From the NCBI RefSeq assembly GCF_026571515.1, contig NW_026852163.1:310001-374000 (forward strand): a stretch of DNA of 64,000 nt. Reading direction: 5' to 3'. The stretch is from Ruditapes philippinarum. Its lineage: Eukaryota. Within the stretch, counting starts at the first letter, position 1. Each line of letters begins with the position of its first letter. The position numbers and the translations under genes were made by a program. This document shows, one piece after another, positions 26,701-41,700 of the stretch. Below the pieces are notes generated by a model. It was not told the DNA's origin. It did not search any database and worked only from the letters and a program-made list of their open reading frames with translations.

Positions 26701-29700
26701 ATGAACAGTAATTTTGACCCCATTCGCCTCAGAAGTGTTAAGAAGGCCTAAAAGAAAAGTATTTTAACCATTACCATGCTAAATATCTTAAATGGACTTT
26801 ATAGTTCCTTCTGTATATGCCAGAGCAGTGGTACTGTGTGCAAATGACCTTAGAAAGGATTTCTTGATCAGTGACAAGGAAAGTGACCTGCACCATCTGG
26901 GAATCAAACCCAATTCACACTTGGCCTCCAGTAACAAAAACTGGTTATTTCGTTCACTGACGAAGTAAATCAACTCTTTTTCAAATTTTGACATGATTTA
27001 AAAGAATATATACAGTATTTCGTATAAAACTTAATGTCTATACATTTAAAGACAGACTTCACATGTATTAAATCATTAGCTTTTGAATTATTCAGATGCA
27101 CGCTTCAGTGAAGTTTTCAATTTTCTTGAAAATTACTTCATCCCAACATATGCTGTGGGTATTCATTATACAAAACGTCACTAAAATTTGTTACATAAAA
27201 AATCATTTTTTCCTCTCTACAAAACATGTTGTATTATGATTTTTAACAAGGCTATATATCTTCCTACAAATCACTTTTTTACCACTCTCAAAAGTTGATT
27301 TACTTGCTGATTACATTCTTTGCGGAGGTGTTTTAACATTGAAATTGTTTAAATGAATTGCATAACCCCACAGTAAATAAATGAAGTAAAGATCTTCCCC
27401 ATATTTGGGTGTACTGTGGTAAACGAAAGTAGTTTAATGTGTTGAAATACGTAAGATTTACAAAAAAGGAAGAAATGTCTATGTGGGCTGATAAATGAAT
27501 GTTTAATCAAACTACGGCAGTTGTTTATTACAACATAGTATCCAATGATGAATGACTGATGTTTTTGTTGTCATTACTGAGTTACTCTGAGATAGTCAAT
27601 TTTGAACTTCAGGTAGTCATTTTTTATTTTTTCAAAGATGACAAAGAGAGTTTTCTAAATTTTGAGGTGGGGACCAAACTGTATTTAAGACAGTCATTTG
27701 CCAGCTAATGAAAACCTTGATTTTACCCTCTTTGTAACAGAAAAAAACAGACAAGTATTACCTATTTTGAAGTCTTGAGTTATTCAAATTCCCTTGAAAC
27801 AAAATAGTTTTATATGTTTTAGCATTAAGATAGCACAAAATGATTACAAATATATTTAGTCGAATTTATTTATGCCAGGGATTTTTTCCTTATATAGCAG
27901 GGGCTGTTGAAGAGCGGCTTCCCCAATGAAAAGTTCTTTAAAAAAACCTTTCTGTTTTCCTCAAATGCCGTTTTCCTCAATAATCTAAGTTTTTTACGTG
28001 CCTGTTTTCAAATATACCATATATTTTCCCCCCAAAAAAAATCAAGAGCAGGGCTGCTTAGCTCAAGCATGCTGTATGCAACAAAATGGTTGAATTTATT
28101 TCCTTAACAAAATTTTGAGAAAATTTAATGTTCATATATCTTCCTTTTCCGTGAAAAGTTTATATTTATTATCATTGTACATTCATGTAGAAACAGTTTT
28201 GTTAACATTTTAAGTGTCATAAAATTTTAAATGTAGTTTTATTAAATAGTATCATCATTATTATACTAGAAATTATGTAAAGTATATGAAATTTGTGTTA
28301 GTTCAACCATTCAGTTTTTTCTCCTAGTGACCTGGTACTTATTGTCACACTTTTTGTTTCATTAACTCTCCTTTGGGTTCTTTTCAGTTACTATTTTGCT
28401 TTATCAAACCTCCTTTAGGTTGAATGCAGAAGAGAATTGATACTCTGTAGATTTTTGATATCAGGGTTAAATAAATATGGTTTTCAGCAATGTCATTATT
28501 AAGGTCAAATATTTTAAACTTACTTTAATATCAATGTATTACTGCAATTAGGATATGAAATTTTAATCTAGAACCACTTGTTTGTAATTAGTGTTAATCC
28601 AAATAATCTCCCTTTTTAAGGATAATCTTAAAGTTTAAGGATAAGCTTTAAGTCCAATTAGTGTCATAATCTTCAATATTTTATTTAAAAACTTATGTTG
28701 CAAATTTTCATTTCAACTTGAACGTTGAAATTTTCAAATTATAAGGCTTTAAAACATGTAAATCAACTGACCCAAAGGTAATAAAATCAACCCAAATAGA
28801 AATTATGTCAGATTGATTTATATTTTTTTCAGTGAAGAATTAGGCTTTAATTGTTGCTGAACTATTAAAAATCACTTAATCTTTATTATATCAAGCATAA
28901 GTTGACATAAATGTGAAAAAAATAATGGCAATTTTTGTGCTAATTGCATATTACAATGCGATCATAGGGATACTTTAAAAAATGTTTAACAAAGATTACT
29001 TTAGCTTATTGTTAAAAACAACTTTCAGACAGACAGAAAAGAGAAATACCTTAATGTTAATACAAATAATGACAAAAATGTTCAAATTGACATTTGCAAA
29101 GCCCTGCAAAATGTTCATACGAAATTGAATGAACTGTTTGTTAATTGACAGTTATCTTCAGCTGTTTGTTAGGCTGTCACAAACTGCATTATGGGAACAG
29201 GAAGGGGGAGGGGTACATGGTTTAGATAATGTATTGAGAAGAAGAAAAAAAAGAATAAGTGATTGATATGTGATTATTCATATAAAGATATTTACAAGAT
29301 GTTTTTCATCAATGAAGGGATTGTCCAGGGAAGGTGGAGATTATAGGTTGCCTTTGGCCAAGGCAGAATTTATTGTGAGAGAAATAAATATCTGGTTGAT
29401 TTGACCAAACTTTATTGTGTTTATTGTACTCAAAGTTTGTGCCTTTTACTCATAGTTATGCCAATGTTGGTAAATATTGTGCATAATCCTTAACTGATTA
29501 AGATTTTATCAATGGCTCACTCTGGCATTTTAATTTTTGCATGCTTTTTGGTCTGCACCATTAAAATGAATGGCTTGGCAGTCAATTTGTCTAATAGTGG
29601 CTTAAACTCAGTCCAGTTGATAGTCTGTAATGGCAGGTCATTCATTACTGCTTGGTCTTTTTGCCCAACAGGACAGCCTTTGGGACTTCTCTTGGCTTGC

Positions 29701-32700
29701 TTTTTAGAATGGCGTACTCTTGAGTTATCATTCAGTCACTTTGTTGTAATTTCAAAATGACAGGCTAAGGCTATGTCATTGAAAGACATTATATTGAATT
29801 CATGCTCATTATTTTATATTGAGAGTCTTTGACATAAAAGGTATTGTTCTAGAGTTGGAAGCAGCTTCAAGAAAGATAGCTTAAATGCATTCTTTAAAAT
29901 TGTGTGTCACAAAACTGAAGTGAACCTATCAGGGTAGTCATGTTTCAAGTAACCTTCGCCTTTTGTTTATGGTGTTTTAAATTTAAACTAAGTATCCATG
30001 CTACCTCTGACCTGACTTCTGACCTGCATACTATGTGTTGAAAGTTCAAACAAAGCCTGGGTTGACCATCAAGTCAGTATTAAAGTCATTTAAACACATA
30101 TGAAAGGACTACTTATTAGAATAATTATCTTTCAACACTAACCTTTAGATTCAAATAAAACAATTTTTATAGACCATTAAGATGGTATAACCTATTGATT
30201 ATTGTAGGATGATGGGTGCCTCTAAGGTGTTTATAAAGTAATAAAAACTTTATTTGTTTTGTGAAAATAATGCGTTTTTTAACATGATTTGTGTGTCATT
30301 GGCCATAATGTATGTAGCCCTTAGGACATTGAAATATGAAAATGAACGTATGTAAACTTACAGAGAATGTTTACAAATTGGAAAACAATAGTTTAATACA
30401 ATGTACAACATAAATAATGGTGTATTGTTTACAATATAGTTCAATGTGTTCTTATTTAAAAAACCACTGAGGACACCATAGATCGATCTAGACAGGAAAA
30501 AGAGTTAATAGCAAGAGACAAAAAAATAGCTCTAATTTCAGATTTAGATGATGCACTATTTATCATCTTAGTGCAGAAACAGGTTAAGTTCTTCTAAATT
30601 TAATAGGAGTTAACCAGTTATTGCGCTAAGGTTTAGAAAAAGCTTGATTTAGTTTAAATGCATGATAAAAATTAGATATGCATTAGTTATCAGAGTTGTC
30701 GCTCAGACTGGTTTATGAAAATGAGTTATGAAAATGAGTTATGAGCACGAGGCGTCCTTCAGTCATGTGACCAATTATCACCGTCTATTGTACTAACAAT
30801 ATGCTGTGTTGTTATTGTTGTTGTTATTTTAAGGTTCAGTGATCATAGTGACCTGTCAACTGCTTAACTGGTGTGGACAATGAAAATAAAGAATCTCGGT
30901 ACAAATGGCCGACCATAAATGTGTGACATTTATAAGCATTTATTGGCCTTTAGGCCGTAAAGTTGATGACTCGAACACAGCTTTTTAACTGACCAATGAT
31001 TCATTGAGACTGACCTGATACAGTTTTGACATTATTTTAATATGTATCAAGAAAATGATTCATTTTATTTTCAAAAAGAGACATTGAAACAACACAAAAT
31101 CTATCGAACTGTAATCCTTTTACAGATTGGGTTAATAAAATTGACCATGTATCCACTGAATCATTAAATGACATTATAATTGACCATTCAGTTACTGACA
31201 CTGTAGGTGACCATTATGGTATAGTTGTTTCTAATGGTATATCATTTTTGTGTCACATGCATTTACAATGCTTTCCAAAATACAAAAATCTAAGCAAACA
31301 GTTCAAGCTACCAGAGCAAACAAGCCAAAAATTTACACCTTTTGCAATCATAAAAGGACTTAAAATAATTTGTTTCATATCTATTTGCCTGGGAAAAAAA
31401 CTATTTTTGAAAACACACCTTAAAATTTTAATAAGATTGCATGATTTATGAAATTAGCTTCGGCTCCCAGGTAGTTTCATAGTAAATTGTCATGGTCATG
31501 TTTAGAAAAGAAGTAAAGATGATAGTTTGTGATAGAAGATTTGTTGAGTATCAGATAACCATCGAAGCAAAAAAAAAAGGTAATGTCATCGTTGAGTTTA
31601 TTATATACGATCTTTTATGTAAGGTTTGTAATTCAATAACATTCATAATTTGGATATTTTATACTTTGTATCTATAATAGAAATAGGAAATTGAAATAAA
31701 ATCTCGCTGCGGACATTATATACTGTGCTTGCATTATTTATAAGTACTATGTATAGACACTTACACATGTACCTTGATATAAAAATAACATGAATAATGC
31801 ATGTGTATGCATTTTTAGTGTACTTATTTCCTGTTAAACACTTTTAGTTTGCCCTCAAAAGCATTATTTCCTATTTAACACTTTTAGTTTGCCCTCAGAA
31901 GCATTATTTCCTATTTAACACTTTTAGTTTGCCCTCAGAAGCATTATTTTCTATTAAACACTTTTAGATTGCCCTCAGAAGCATTATTTCCTATAAAACA
32001 CTTTAAGCATTATTTCCTATTAAACACTTTTAGTTTGCCATCAGAAGCATTATTTCGTATTAAGCACTTTTAGATTCCCCTCAAAAGCTTTTTTTTCCTA
32101 TTTAACACTTTTAGTTTCCCCTCAAAAGCATTTTAAATTTCCCTTTAAATTTTTTTTACCTATTTAGCACTTTAAAAATCCCCTCAAAAGCGTTTTTTTC
32201 CTATTCAACTCTTTAAATTCCCCCTCAAAGCGATTTTTGTCTGTTTTTCAATTTATGGATATTGTTATTTTTACCTATCAATTAACGAATAATATATGGA
32301 CTGTAACAAAGGACCCCCAGATAACTCTACAATCCTGGTCTTGTTCATGTCTTTGTAATAAAGACTTTGGTAAAATATAACAAAAAAATAATATAAAGTT
32401 ATTGATGGTTGGGTAACATGAACTGACATTTTTGTGACATTTTGAACAGATATGGGACAAAAACATCAGCCGTATCATGTCCGGTAATCTCTAATACTGA
32501 AACATTACACCAAATTATCGTCCTATGTAAATACTGTATAAAAGACTGAAGTGTAATTTAAAGCTTTAATCATCTGTGATAATGTAATCATACAAGAATT
32601 ACCTTTGATAAATATATCATAAATACGTCCTCAAATACTATTTTAGTACATTTAGAATCCTTCCTTGCATACAGAAATACAAAAAAATATAAAATACATT

Positions 32701-35700
32701 TTTATGTTTCCAACTAAAGGCATTTATTATAATTTCTTATTCGGTTTGTGACCGCCTCCGTGGTCGAGGGGTTAGAGTCGATGACTTCTAATCCAGTTAC
32801 CTCTCTGGCGTGGGTTCAATCCCCGGGAGATGCTTTGGTAGTTTAGCGCGGAGGAAGGTAGTCTAGTACTGGTGTAACTCTCCAGGAACGATGGTTAGGA
32901 AACTACCCGCCTATATGACTGAAATACTGTTGGGAAAAGGCGTAAAATGAAACAAACAAACAAATTATTCGGTTTGTTGAATTATTTATAGGTTCATTAA
33001 CATTATTGCTTTTTCTTTTGTGGGTTCGGGTTCGAATCCAATCCGGGACCGACCGATTTTACAAACTGATATTACATAGATGTCCATCATAGATAGATGG
33101 GTGACTGTCGTACATACATACATTATAAAAAGCTCTGGCGCCAAGAAGCTACCCAGCAAGCTTAATTGGTTTTAGTTAGATTGAAATAATATACAAAGTG
33201 GCATCTTGCCGAGATCTTACTTCACATAGAAAGATGGAAAGTTGCTTTCTGACTTTCACTGAGTGTCTGGCTGACTTAAAACTGAACAAAACAAAACAGT
33301 ATAAGCCGTGTCATGACAAAACCAACATAATGGGTTTTCGACCAGCATTCGCGCAGTCTGATCAGGATTTATGCTAATCGCTATCAGTTTCTCTACTTAT
33401 AATAGGGTTTCTAAGCGAACAGCATGGATCCTGATCAGACTGCGCGGATGCGCAGGCTGGTCTGGATACATGCTGGTCGCAAACCCATTATGTTGGTTTT
33501 GTCATGAAGTGGCTCAAGTATTTTTTAGTACTATTCGTATCGGCTAAATTTTTCTGTGAGGGTTTGTTTTGAATTTGAAGAGGCCATTTAAGGATTTAGA
33601 ACATACTAGAAAGAGTGTTTTACTTAGTTTTGAGGAATCCTCCAAATGACAACCCAGTAGGCCACCAAAAGATGTTGAATTTTTTACCAGTAATATTTAA
33701 GAAATTTCAAGTGATCAGTTTTAAACATGAATAGGAATAGTTGGTTGCATGTTCAAGTAAAGAATTTGCTTGCATAAATAAATGAATAAAAAGAACAGAG
33801 AGACATTAACAAAGACATAATTAGTGAAACAGCGTATCTGATTTAGAACTCAGCCCAATGTTATGAAATTTTTTTACCTAAGTATGTTTTCAGGGTATTT
33901 CGGATATTAAGTATGACGTTTTCTGTTTCACTTGATCTAATTGTAATAATTTTGACTGTTTATTGATACTACAATCATGATATTTTTAAAAAAAAAACAG
34001 CAACAACAAAGCGTAGAGAAATTTTTTTTCTTATAGGTATCTCCCAGTATTTAATGAACATTTTCTTCAAAGGTAGTTATATTGTATAAAAGCGTGACTG
34101 AGTACTTTTAAGTAGTTAAACACCATATGTTTTCCGATGGATGAATACTGGACGATCAAAGTGGTTTTATTTGAATTAAATTACTGGAAAAACAGTTTTT
34201 ATCATGAAAATACTGTCACCAGATGATATTAGGATGTAATGGGTATATACCTAGAAGAAATTTTAATACTTCAATCTTCAGATGGGAGTATTTTGATACC
34301 ACATGAGGTACTGTCACATTACGTGTACCGAAACTTTAACCGCAAAAACCGCGTAAAACATTCTTTAGTTAAAACTTAATATGCTTTGATGAACAAAATT
34401 TTTTAGCCATTCTGCATAAATTTTATGAAGCAATAAATTATAACTTTGCTTAGTGGGTAGAAATTGAAAATTCATTCATATTTACTATTAAAATATGGTG
34501 ATGTTTTTTTTCTGCATTTTTATATCATTTCTTTTAATAAGCCTTTAAATGCTTTTGTCAGGAGAAAATTTGCATAAAAAGTTTTAACAGGTGATATTAG
34601 GCTTACCCTGTATTTATTATAATAAGGTCTCACTGTACAATTATTAAAGAACCAAGCATAATTGACATGTATTCTTTGTGTGGTCTTTGCACAGAGATGG
34701 TCTAAATGTACAGGTTTTACTATAGAGATTTATTTTGTTTTGTTATTAAAAATGCGTTTTATTTTGACATTGGATTCTCACAAGTCACGTTCTGACATGC
34801 ATTCATTGACTTTATTTGACCTTTCATAAAAATTTTTTTTTTTAAAGGTAGATCTATAATAGTCTGAAAAGGTTTCCGCAGTTCAGAGTTTTTCAATGGA
34901 GTATATATCAGATAGCGTTTAATTTTTGAAATACATGATGGTTGCGGTGGCGTTATTTTTTTCACGATGATATTAATCGGTTTTTTCTCACATAGTTAAT
35001 GATGGTCATGGTGGGATTTGATTATAATATCGTGAACCACTGGACACGCATCTAATTATTCTGATCATATATATTTACTGATAGCGATACCCCATGAAAT
35101 TTTATAAGGATTATTTTGAAGAGTTTAGTGGTGTATGAACTTTAGTTGACACTTGTATGAATGCTATTTTCATAATATGATATGATAAATATGTTTTGCA
35201 TTGAAAGTATTTCAAAGTATTAAAGTATTGAAAATCTGCGAGGGGAAAAAAAAATATTTTGAAAATTGTTTGTTTTTTGTTGTTAAAGCAGCATGCTTTA
35301 TAATTCTCATGAAAAGTTTGAAAATGTAGTTAAAAGCAAAATACATGTATTGTATATTAACCAAAAGGAAGCAATTAACATCAATGGCACTTACAGCCGA
35401 TGTTAATTACAAATAGAGGTCAAAATACGCAAAAATTGCCCTTACTGGGTTAGTAACACAGTAGAAATGCAGTAGAAATATAGTAAAATAACACATAATT
35501 AATTAAATAACCATTAATCTCCCATAACATGTAAATTATTACTCGAATCTAGAATCTTTCTACTTTTCCTAAACTCTTAGTACATTGAAATGTTCTAAAT
35601 TAAAGAAAATATTTGACCGACCAGTACGCGTTTATAGAATTAATATTGCGATAATATCTAATTAAAACATTTCTTTACCCGCAAGTGATTTAAAGTGCAA

Positions 35701-38700
35701 GATGTCAAAGCTTCGGACATGTTAATGTTATGAATCAGCTTATTTGAACTATCATTTTTACCTTCAAATTGAAGAGTTTAGCCACCCACTATTTATTTGA
35801 CTTCATTTTTGAAGAGTTTCCACCTGATCATAATTATGATTCATGTGTACTGGGTAAATTTAGAAACTGTGGTCCTAGATTTTTGTTTGGCTTCCTTTTT
35901 AATAGATCAGCAGGTCTTATATTTGCTTGTAATGAATAACCTTGTGACTGTACAAACACTCGGAACAATGTGTAACAAATGGAAAATTACTATGATATTA
36001 TTAATTTAATATTTGTCTTCCAGAGCGCTTCCATTCAATGCCAGCTTGTCCAATTTGCTATAAAAAGGTACAAAGTGCCTCCGATCTTTTATGGTTTTTG
36101 TAAGATATATATTATGGGCAAATAGTACTTTTTATTAATGTTAGTTTGTATTAATTTATTTTAGTTCGATTGTGTTGGAAGCTATTTATATATATAAGCT
36201 TATTAAAACACTCTCGAATCAGTGTTCCTGGGACCAACCTGTATATAATGAGTGTTATGTTTTTTGCTCAGAGAAACAACAGCTTTTTGAACCAACGCGT
36301 CAAGCAATCTTTAGATTACCTAAGTCAGACGCGTTAACCACTCAGCCATGCAGCCACTCAAGGGTTCACTCGGCAACGCTGCCACTCAAGGGTTAATGTT
36401 TGATTGACAGTAACTATTATATAATCAAACTCTTCAGAATGTTAATTAGTGGAAATATGATAATGATTTCAAACGACAAGATTGAATTTTTTTTACAATG
36501 TTTAGAAAATAATTCAATTATGTTTTCACAATGTTAGCATAAATTTGTTTTATGATACTTTTATGTTTGACTGGAACTTGGGCAAACTCTGCTTATTTGG
36601 GTAAAGGTGTTTGGCATTTTGTATGCCCATTGTACCAAAGTTGGCAAAAAAAAGGTTTTAGGACTTGAAGATTAAAGTTTTGAACCCACCTATTTTTTAA
36701 CAAGGAAAAGTTTTAATTACTAAGGGACATCAGCATTTCTTAGCTCTCATTTTATTGTATAAATCTATATTAAGATTCTTAATGATTAAGACAGATAATT
36801 TTTGTTTGTTAAAAGGTAAAAAAATAATTTCATCACTATTTTAAATATGTTTGCATATTAAAGATATATATATTCTTAAATGTATGTTCTTACTTTTAGA
36901 TATTACTTATCTGTTATAATTAAATCAGTTTTATATTTTAACAAAAAGTGTCAGAAATCCAATTTTAAACGGCTAGTAGTCCTTGAAAATCAAATATTCA
37001 AATATTTTACGATTTTTGTGGATTCTCCATGTATCCCCAAACTTTGGTACAAATTTCACTTGTTAGATAAATAGATTAGTTTAAATTGCGTACCTTGAAA
37101 GATAGAAATGTTTTGGTATATATATATTATATATTTATAAATGCCAAAAGATTTATGTTTACTTTGAAGCCCTAAACGAGGTTAATGTATTCACAGAAGC
37201 TTATACAAATAGCGAAATATTTAACTATATGTAAACTTTAATAATGTCGTATATTATGAAAGGTTGTGTGAAGTTCATCGGAATAACAACATAAACATTG
37301 TGCAGGTTAATAGGGTGTGCATGTTCACGCCCTTAGTCAAGTTAATTTGCAGAAAATGGCATTTAGAATTTAGTTGGTAGAGTATTCAAGTGTGTAACAA
37401 GGTTAAAAAAAAGAAAAGAAAAAAGTAAGCACCTGCTTTGTAAAAAAGCTTGGATGTATTCATATAATGTTGAGCATGATTAAGGAAAATTTTCCGAGAT
37501 ATGTTTTTAAGTATCACATGGTGGAGAAAGGTGATTACTATGACAACTAGAATAATAACCCCTCTATGTAATATAGTTGTGATCCTAGCACCTCAGGTGG
37601 CTTGTACCTGAGAGTCCTGATCTAAAGTTAAACCATCTAATCCACTTGCTATATACCATACTTGGCCTTGCACAGTAACTTCCAATAGAAGCATGAGCCT
37701 GACATTGGTACTGGTACATTGGTATAAACTGTAACATGTAAACAATATTAAAGTTATTCCCGAACATTTGTTCATATGTTGGGCGAACCTGTATCTAAAG
37801 CCATCATTGAATCTACATTGCTATTTTTATCTGTTAAGTCCCATGTTTAGTATGGAATGGCTTTACAAAAGGCTTATAGGGATTACTTGTGAAATGTAAT
37901 TACTACTTTGATGTAGATGAATCCACGAACGAGGTGATGGATGGACCGAATATATAGCGTACCGTTAACCGAGTTGGAACGGTGTCAAAAGATAGGCGAG
38001 TTTTAACGTCATACAGAATTGGTCTAAGATGATAGTTACTATGTTATTTAGGAGAGAATTGATGATGGGATTTAAGAGCATATGAAATATTTGAAGTGTC
38101 ATGACCTTTTTTCCGTTGGAAAGTTCATTAGTGAAATTGTCAATTTGATTTTAAAACTGGTTTCTGGAGCGATTTCCACCTTGTATCCCATTTTGGCAAG
38201 TCACAACTGTAATCTAGCCTTTATGTCTTAGAGTTCTTAAATGTTGTTGCTGTTTTCTTCATTATAATCAACATCTCAGCCCTAGATTTCCAATCCACTT
38301 CTTCTCTTCCTTTATTCCAGATCCCCCTATTTCCTCCAACCCAAAATATATTTTTTTCTATCAGTACATAATAAATCTTGAGAAATATTATCATTTACAA
38401 AATTATTGCTTGCAATGCTGTTTTGTTATCAGCAGCTTGAAGACAAAATTCTTTTTTTGCAGCTGCACAGAAACTATGGCACTAAAAGATGTGTTTGTGC
38501 TCAATTTTGACATTATTATATTATACAATGTAATTAAACATTTGAAACTTCACTTCACAATGATCATTCATATCAACTTTCTTTTCTCTAATTTCAGAAA
38601 TTGACAATAGCCTGTTCTCTCCACCACCACCTCTTGGTCAGATTTCACCGAGACAGACAAATGGAACAATATGCAATAACAACAACAACAATGAGATTGA

Positions 38701-41700
38701 CGGGTCACCGGACACGTCTATGGAAAGTATACAAATCTCCACACAGACGACTCCGGTACCACACCCGAGGACAGCGACCACACCAACTCAAACTATTGAA
38801 GATCTCGACACAAAAGAACAGGAGAAAAGAGGTAAATTATCTCCCTTTTGTAAAAAATAAATTCAAATTTTGTAACTATTTATAGTGACAGAATTTGAAT
38901 ATTTTAATTCATGGTTATAAGCCATTTTGATTGGTTCTTATTTATAAGCACTGTTTAAAGGTATTGATCTCAGCATATCTGGCCCCTTTGTTATTAAATA
39001 GCTTTTGGAAGTCAGGTGGGAGATTTTTGATGTTCGGAGGATACCTCTATCCCTCTATCATAAGAGTTACATGAAAGTCTAAAATAAAAATTAATGGTAA
39101 TGAAGTACATCTATGTTGAAATTTAGAATAGGCAGTGTTATAGAATGTCTTAAAAAATATGTTACATTTTTGCCAAACATGTGAACCCTCCCTCTTTTAG
39201 CGGGAGACTGCCACTTTCTGCAGCCAATTATATTATTTTCAAAGATTTTTCTTAGTTTCCTAGAATAAGGGGTATTTTCACAAGTTAAAGAAATGTCCCT
39301 CTTTTGATGTCAGGACTTTCTTCTTTGTATATTACAAATTCTAAAATCTCCCTCTTTTTGAAAAAAAAACCCTCCAACTTAATCATCCAAAAAAGTTCAC
39401 ATGATGACTGAATCCTTCCATTTTAAGGATATAAAAAAATTTCCATCTTAAATGTTTTGGGTTATCTAATTAATGTTTTAGAATAAAGTAATTTTTGTTA
39501 TACAACATAAAAGGTGTGGTACAACTAATATATTTTAGTGTTATAATCTGACATACAAGTTGTCTAACAACAGCTGTCTCCCTTACAGTGTAATTTATAG
39601 TATCTGTACCCACATTCTGACAATTGCACAGTTTTGCTGATTATATAATACAGCATGTAAATACTTATGGGATGTGCCTGTATGAAAAAAGAATTTTATG
39701 AAAGTTAGTGATTTATATTGCTAGTGTTTTAAACACTGTCCGTGTGGTATAACTATCTAAAACTGTCAAATACTAAAAAAAAATAAAGAAATTATTTATG
39801 TTACAGTTTTTCTGTGTAACTTTATTGCATTAATTAGTACATGACTAAATATCTTAAAATGGAATTGTCTGTCTTTCAGTCAGAATTTTAAGGACATTTT
39901 TTATCGTATGCACAGATTGAATAGTGAACAGTGCAAACCATAATCCTGACCAGGTATGCTTACTGGTACTGGTCTGTATTGGCCGCAAGCTGACTAAGCG
40001 TTTTAATTTATCGTATTAAGTATTACTCTCTAATTAAATAGAAAAATAATGCAGATTTGAATATGCGAAGACAAAAAATTAAAATATTTATGCAAAGTTG
40101 GTGGTATAGTTACTATGGTTTATGTAAAATATGTCATTTTCTGGACATATTTTGTAAAATGTTTTTGTTTTTTTCTTGTGAAATGTAAATAGAAAAGAAC
40201 ATTTTAATGGTTTTAAGGTTGAAAGATTCTAGGTGGCATTTGACATGATTATATAAATGTGTTTTTGTTATGTTGTAAGTATTTGAGATAAAATAGTTAA
40301 AAGCAGTAGTAATTTAAGCTAAGAATTTGAAACAATATGTTGTCACCTTAATGCAGTAATGGGTTAACTACTATTAAATTATATAAGCAGTTAACCTGTT
40401 ACTGCACTTAGGTTATGCATTGTCAATTTAACCTGGATGCACTGTTAAATACAGATTTTTGGCTGCCAACAATATAGAGTCTGGTCTTTAACTGTATGAA
40501 TGTGCAAGCTGACCAGGTTTTTTATTTTCCTGAGAATTTGTGTGACATTTAGCAAACATGGATAAATTGTGACAAACCGGTTGAAATGAAGGATTTAAAA
40601 ATGGTTTTGCACCTAGTGAAGTTTTTAGTTTTATCACATTGGGGTCATTCAGTTTCTTTGTCAATCTTGCTACAAAAGGTCACTTAAGGTCATTTTAACA
40701 TGTTAACACCTGGTTCAGAGGCGGGGCTAAAACTAGGTACATACATAAACTTTATCTTGTCATGTAAATTTATACTTTTACCCTTGAAGAAGTGAGTCAG
40801 TGTGTCACTAGTGACCATTGTCATCTATTTTCATCTTTTACTTTGTTTTAGCCCCAGCTTGACAGTGTTAAATTTACAATGTGTTAGTCTGACTTAGTAC
40901 AACTACACTTTTGGGTGCATTTCTGATTATTAAATAATAAGGTCGGGACGGCCAACAATTTAAAGACCACTGATCAAACAATTCAGCAAAATTCAACGTA
41001 AAACCCACTTTGTTTAGGGTAATTCATTCGCCTGTGCCTAATTCGCACCACTTTTTTTTTTGCTCAAAATTGAAGCTGAATATAGGTCTTTCATTAATTG
41101 ACTTAACTGATGAAATTTTCCCCAATTTAGTCATGAACATTCCAGAAAGTTTCTACCTTGCAGTCTCCTTAATTAAAATGTTACAGTATATAGCTTTTTA
41201 AGGAAAACATTATTAATATATAAATTTAGTATTATCTTCTTGGGGGAAAAAACATGCATGTTTTGATAGGTTTTACATTTTTATTACAGAAATTAGGTAG
41301 TTGTTGCAAAAAGGTAAAAAATAAAACTGAAAGTAATGCTTTTTCAGGTCACTTTATCATAAAGATAGTTATGGGTGTTTGTTTATGTACCATCGTACAG
41401 GTTGTGAGGTCTACTCCATAAATCTAATTAAGTGGCAATGATTAATTAATATAATGATAACCATAATCAATAAAACATGGCTATTTTTATCAATAAGCTG
41501 TGCGGTAATTGATTTTTTATTGCTGTTATGATGTTTTTGTACAAGTAGGTCTTGACAATGGCCAAAATGACCTTGCATTGATAAACATTACAGTGTTAAT
41601 AATATGGTTGTCAAACAATCGGTAGTAATGTCAAAAATGCTTTTTGTCTTCATTCATATCTTGTATTTTGTTTAAAGGCAGGTCGTAATTAGGTTATGCT

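Noticed and set aside
30467-30590. Open stretch TEDTIDRSRQEKELIARD... ending cag|gttaag
   Set aside because: No in-frame ATG or good acceptor; the donor phase (0) is incompatible with exon 38598.
38601-38885. Listed 94-aa ORF as the protein
   Set aside because: Wrong frame; splice phases require the frame reading IDNSLFSPPPP.
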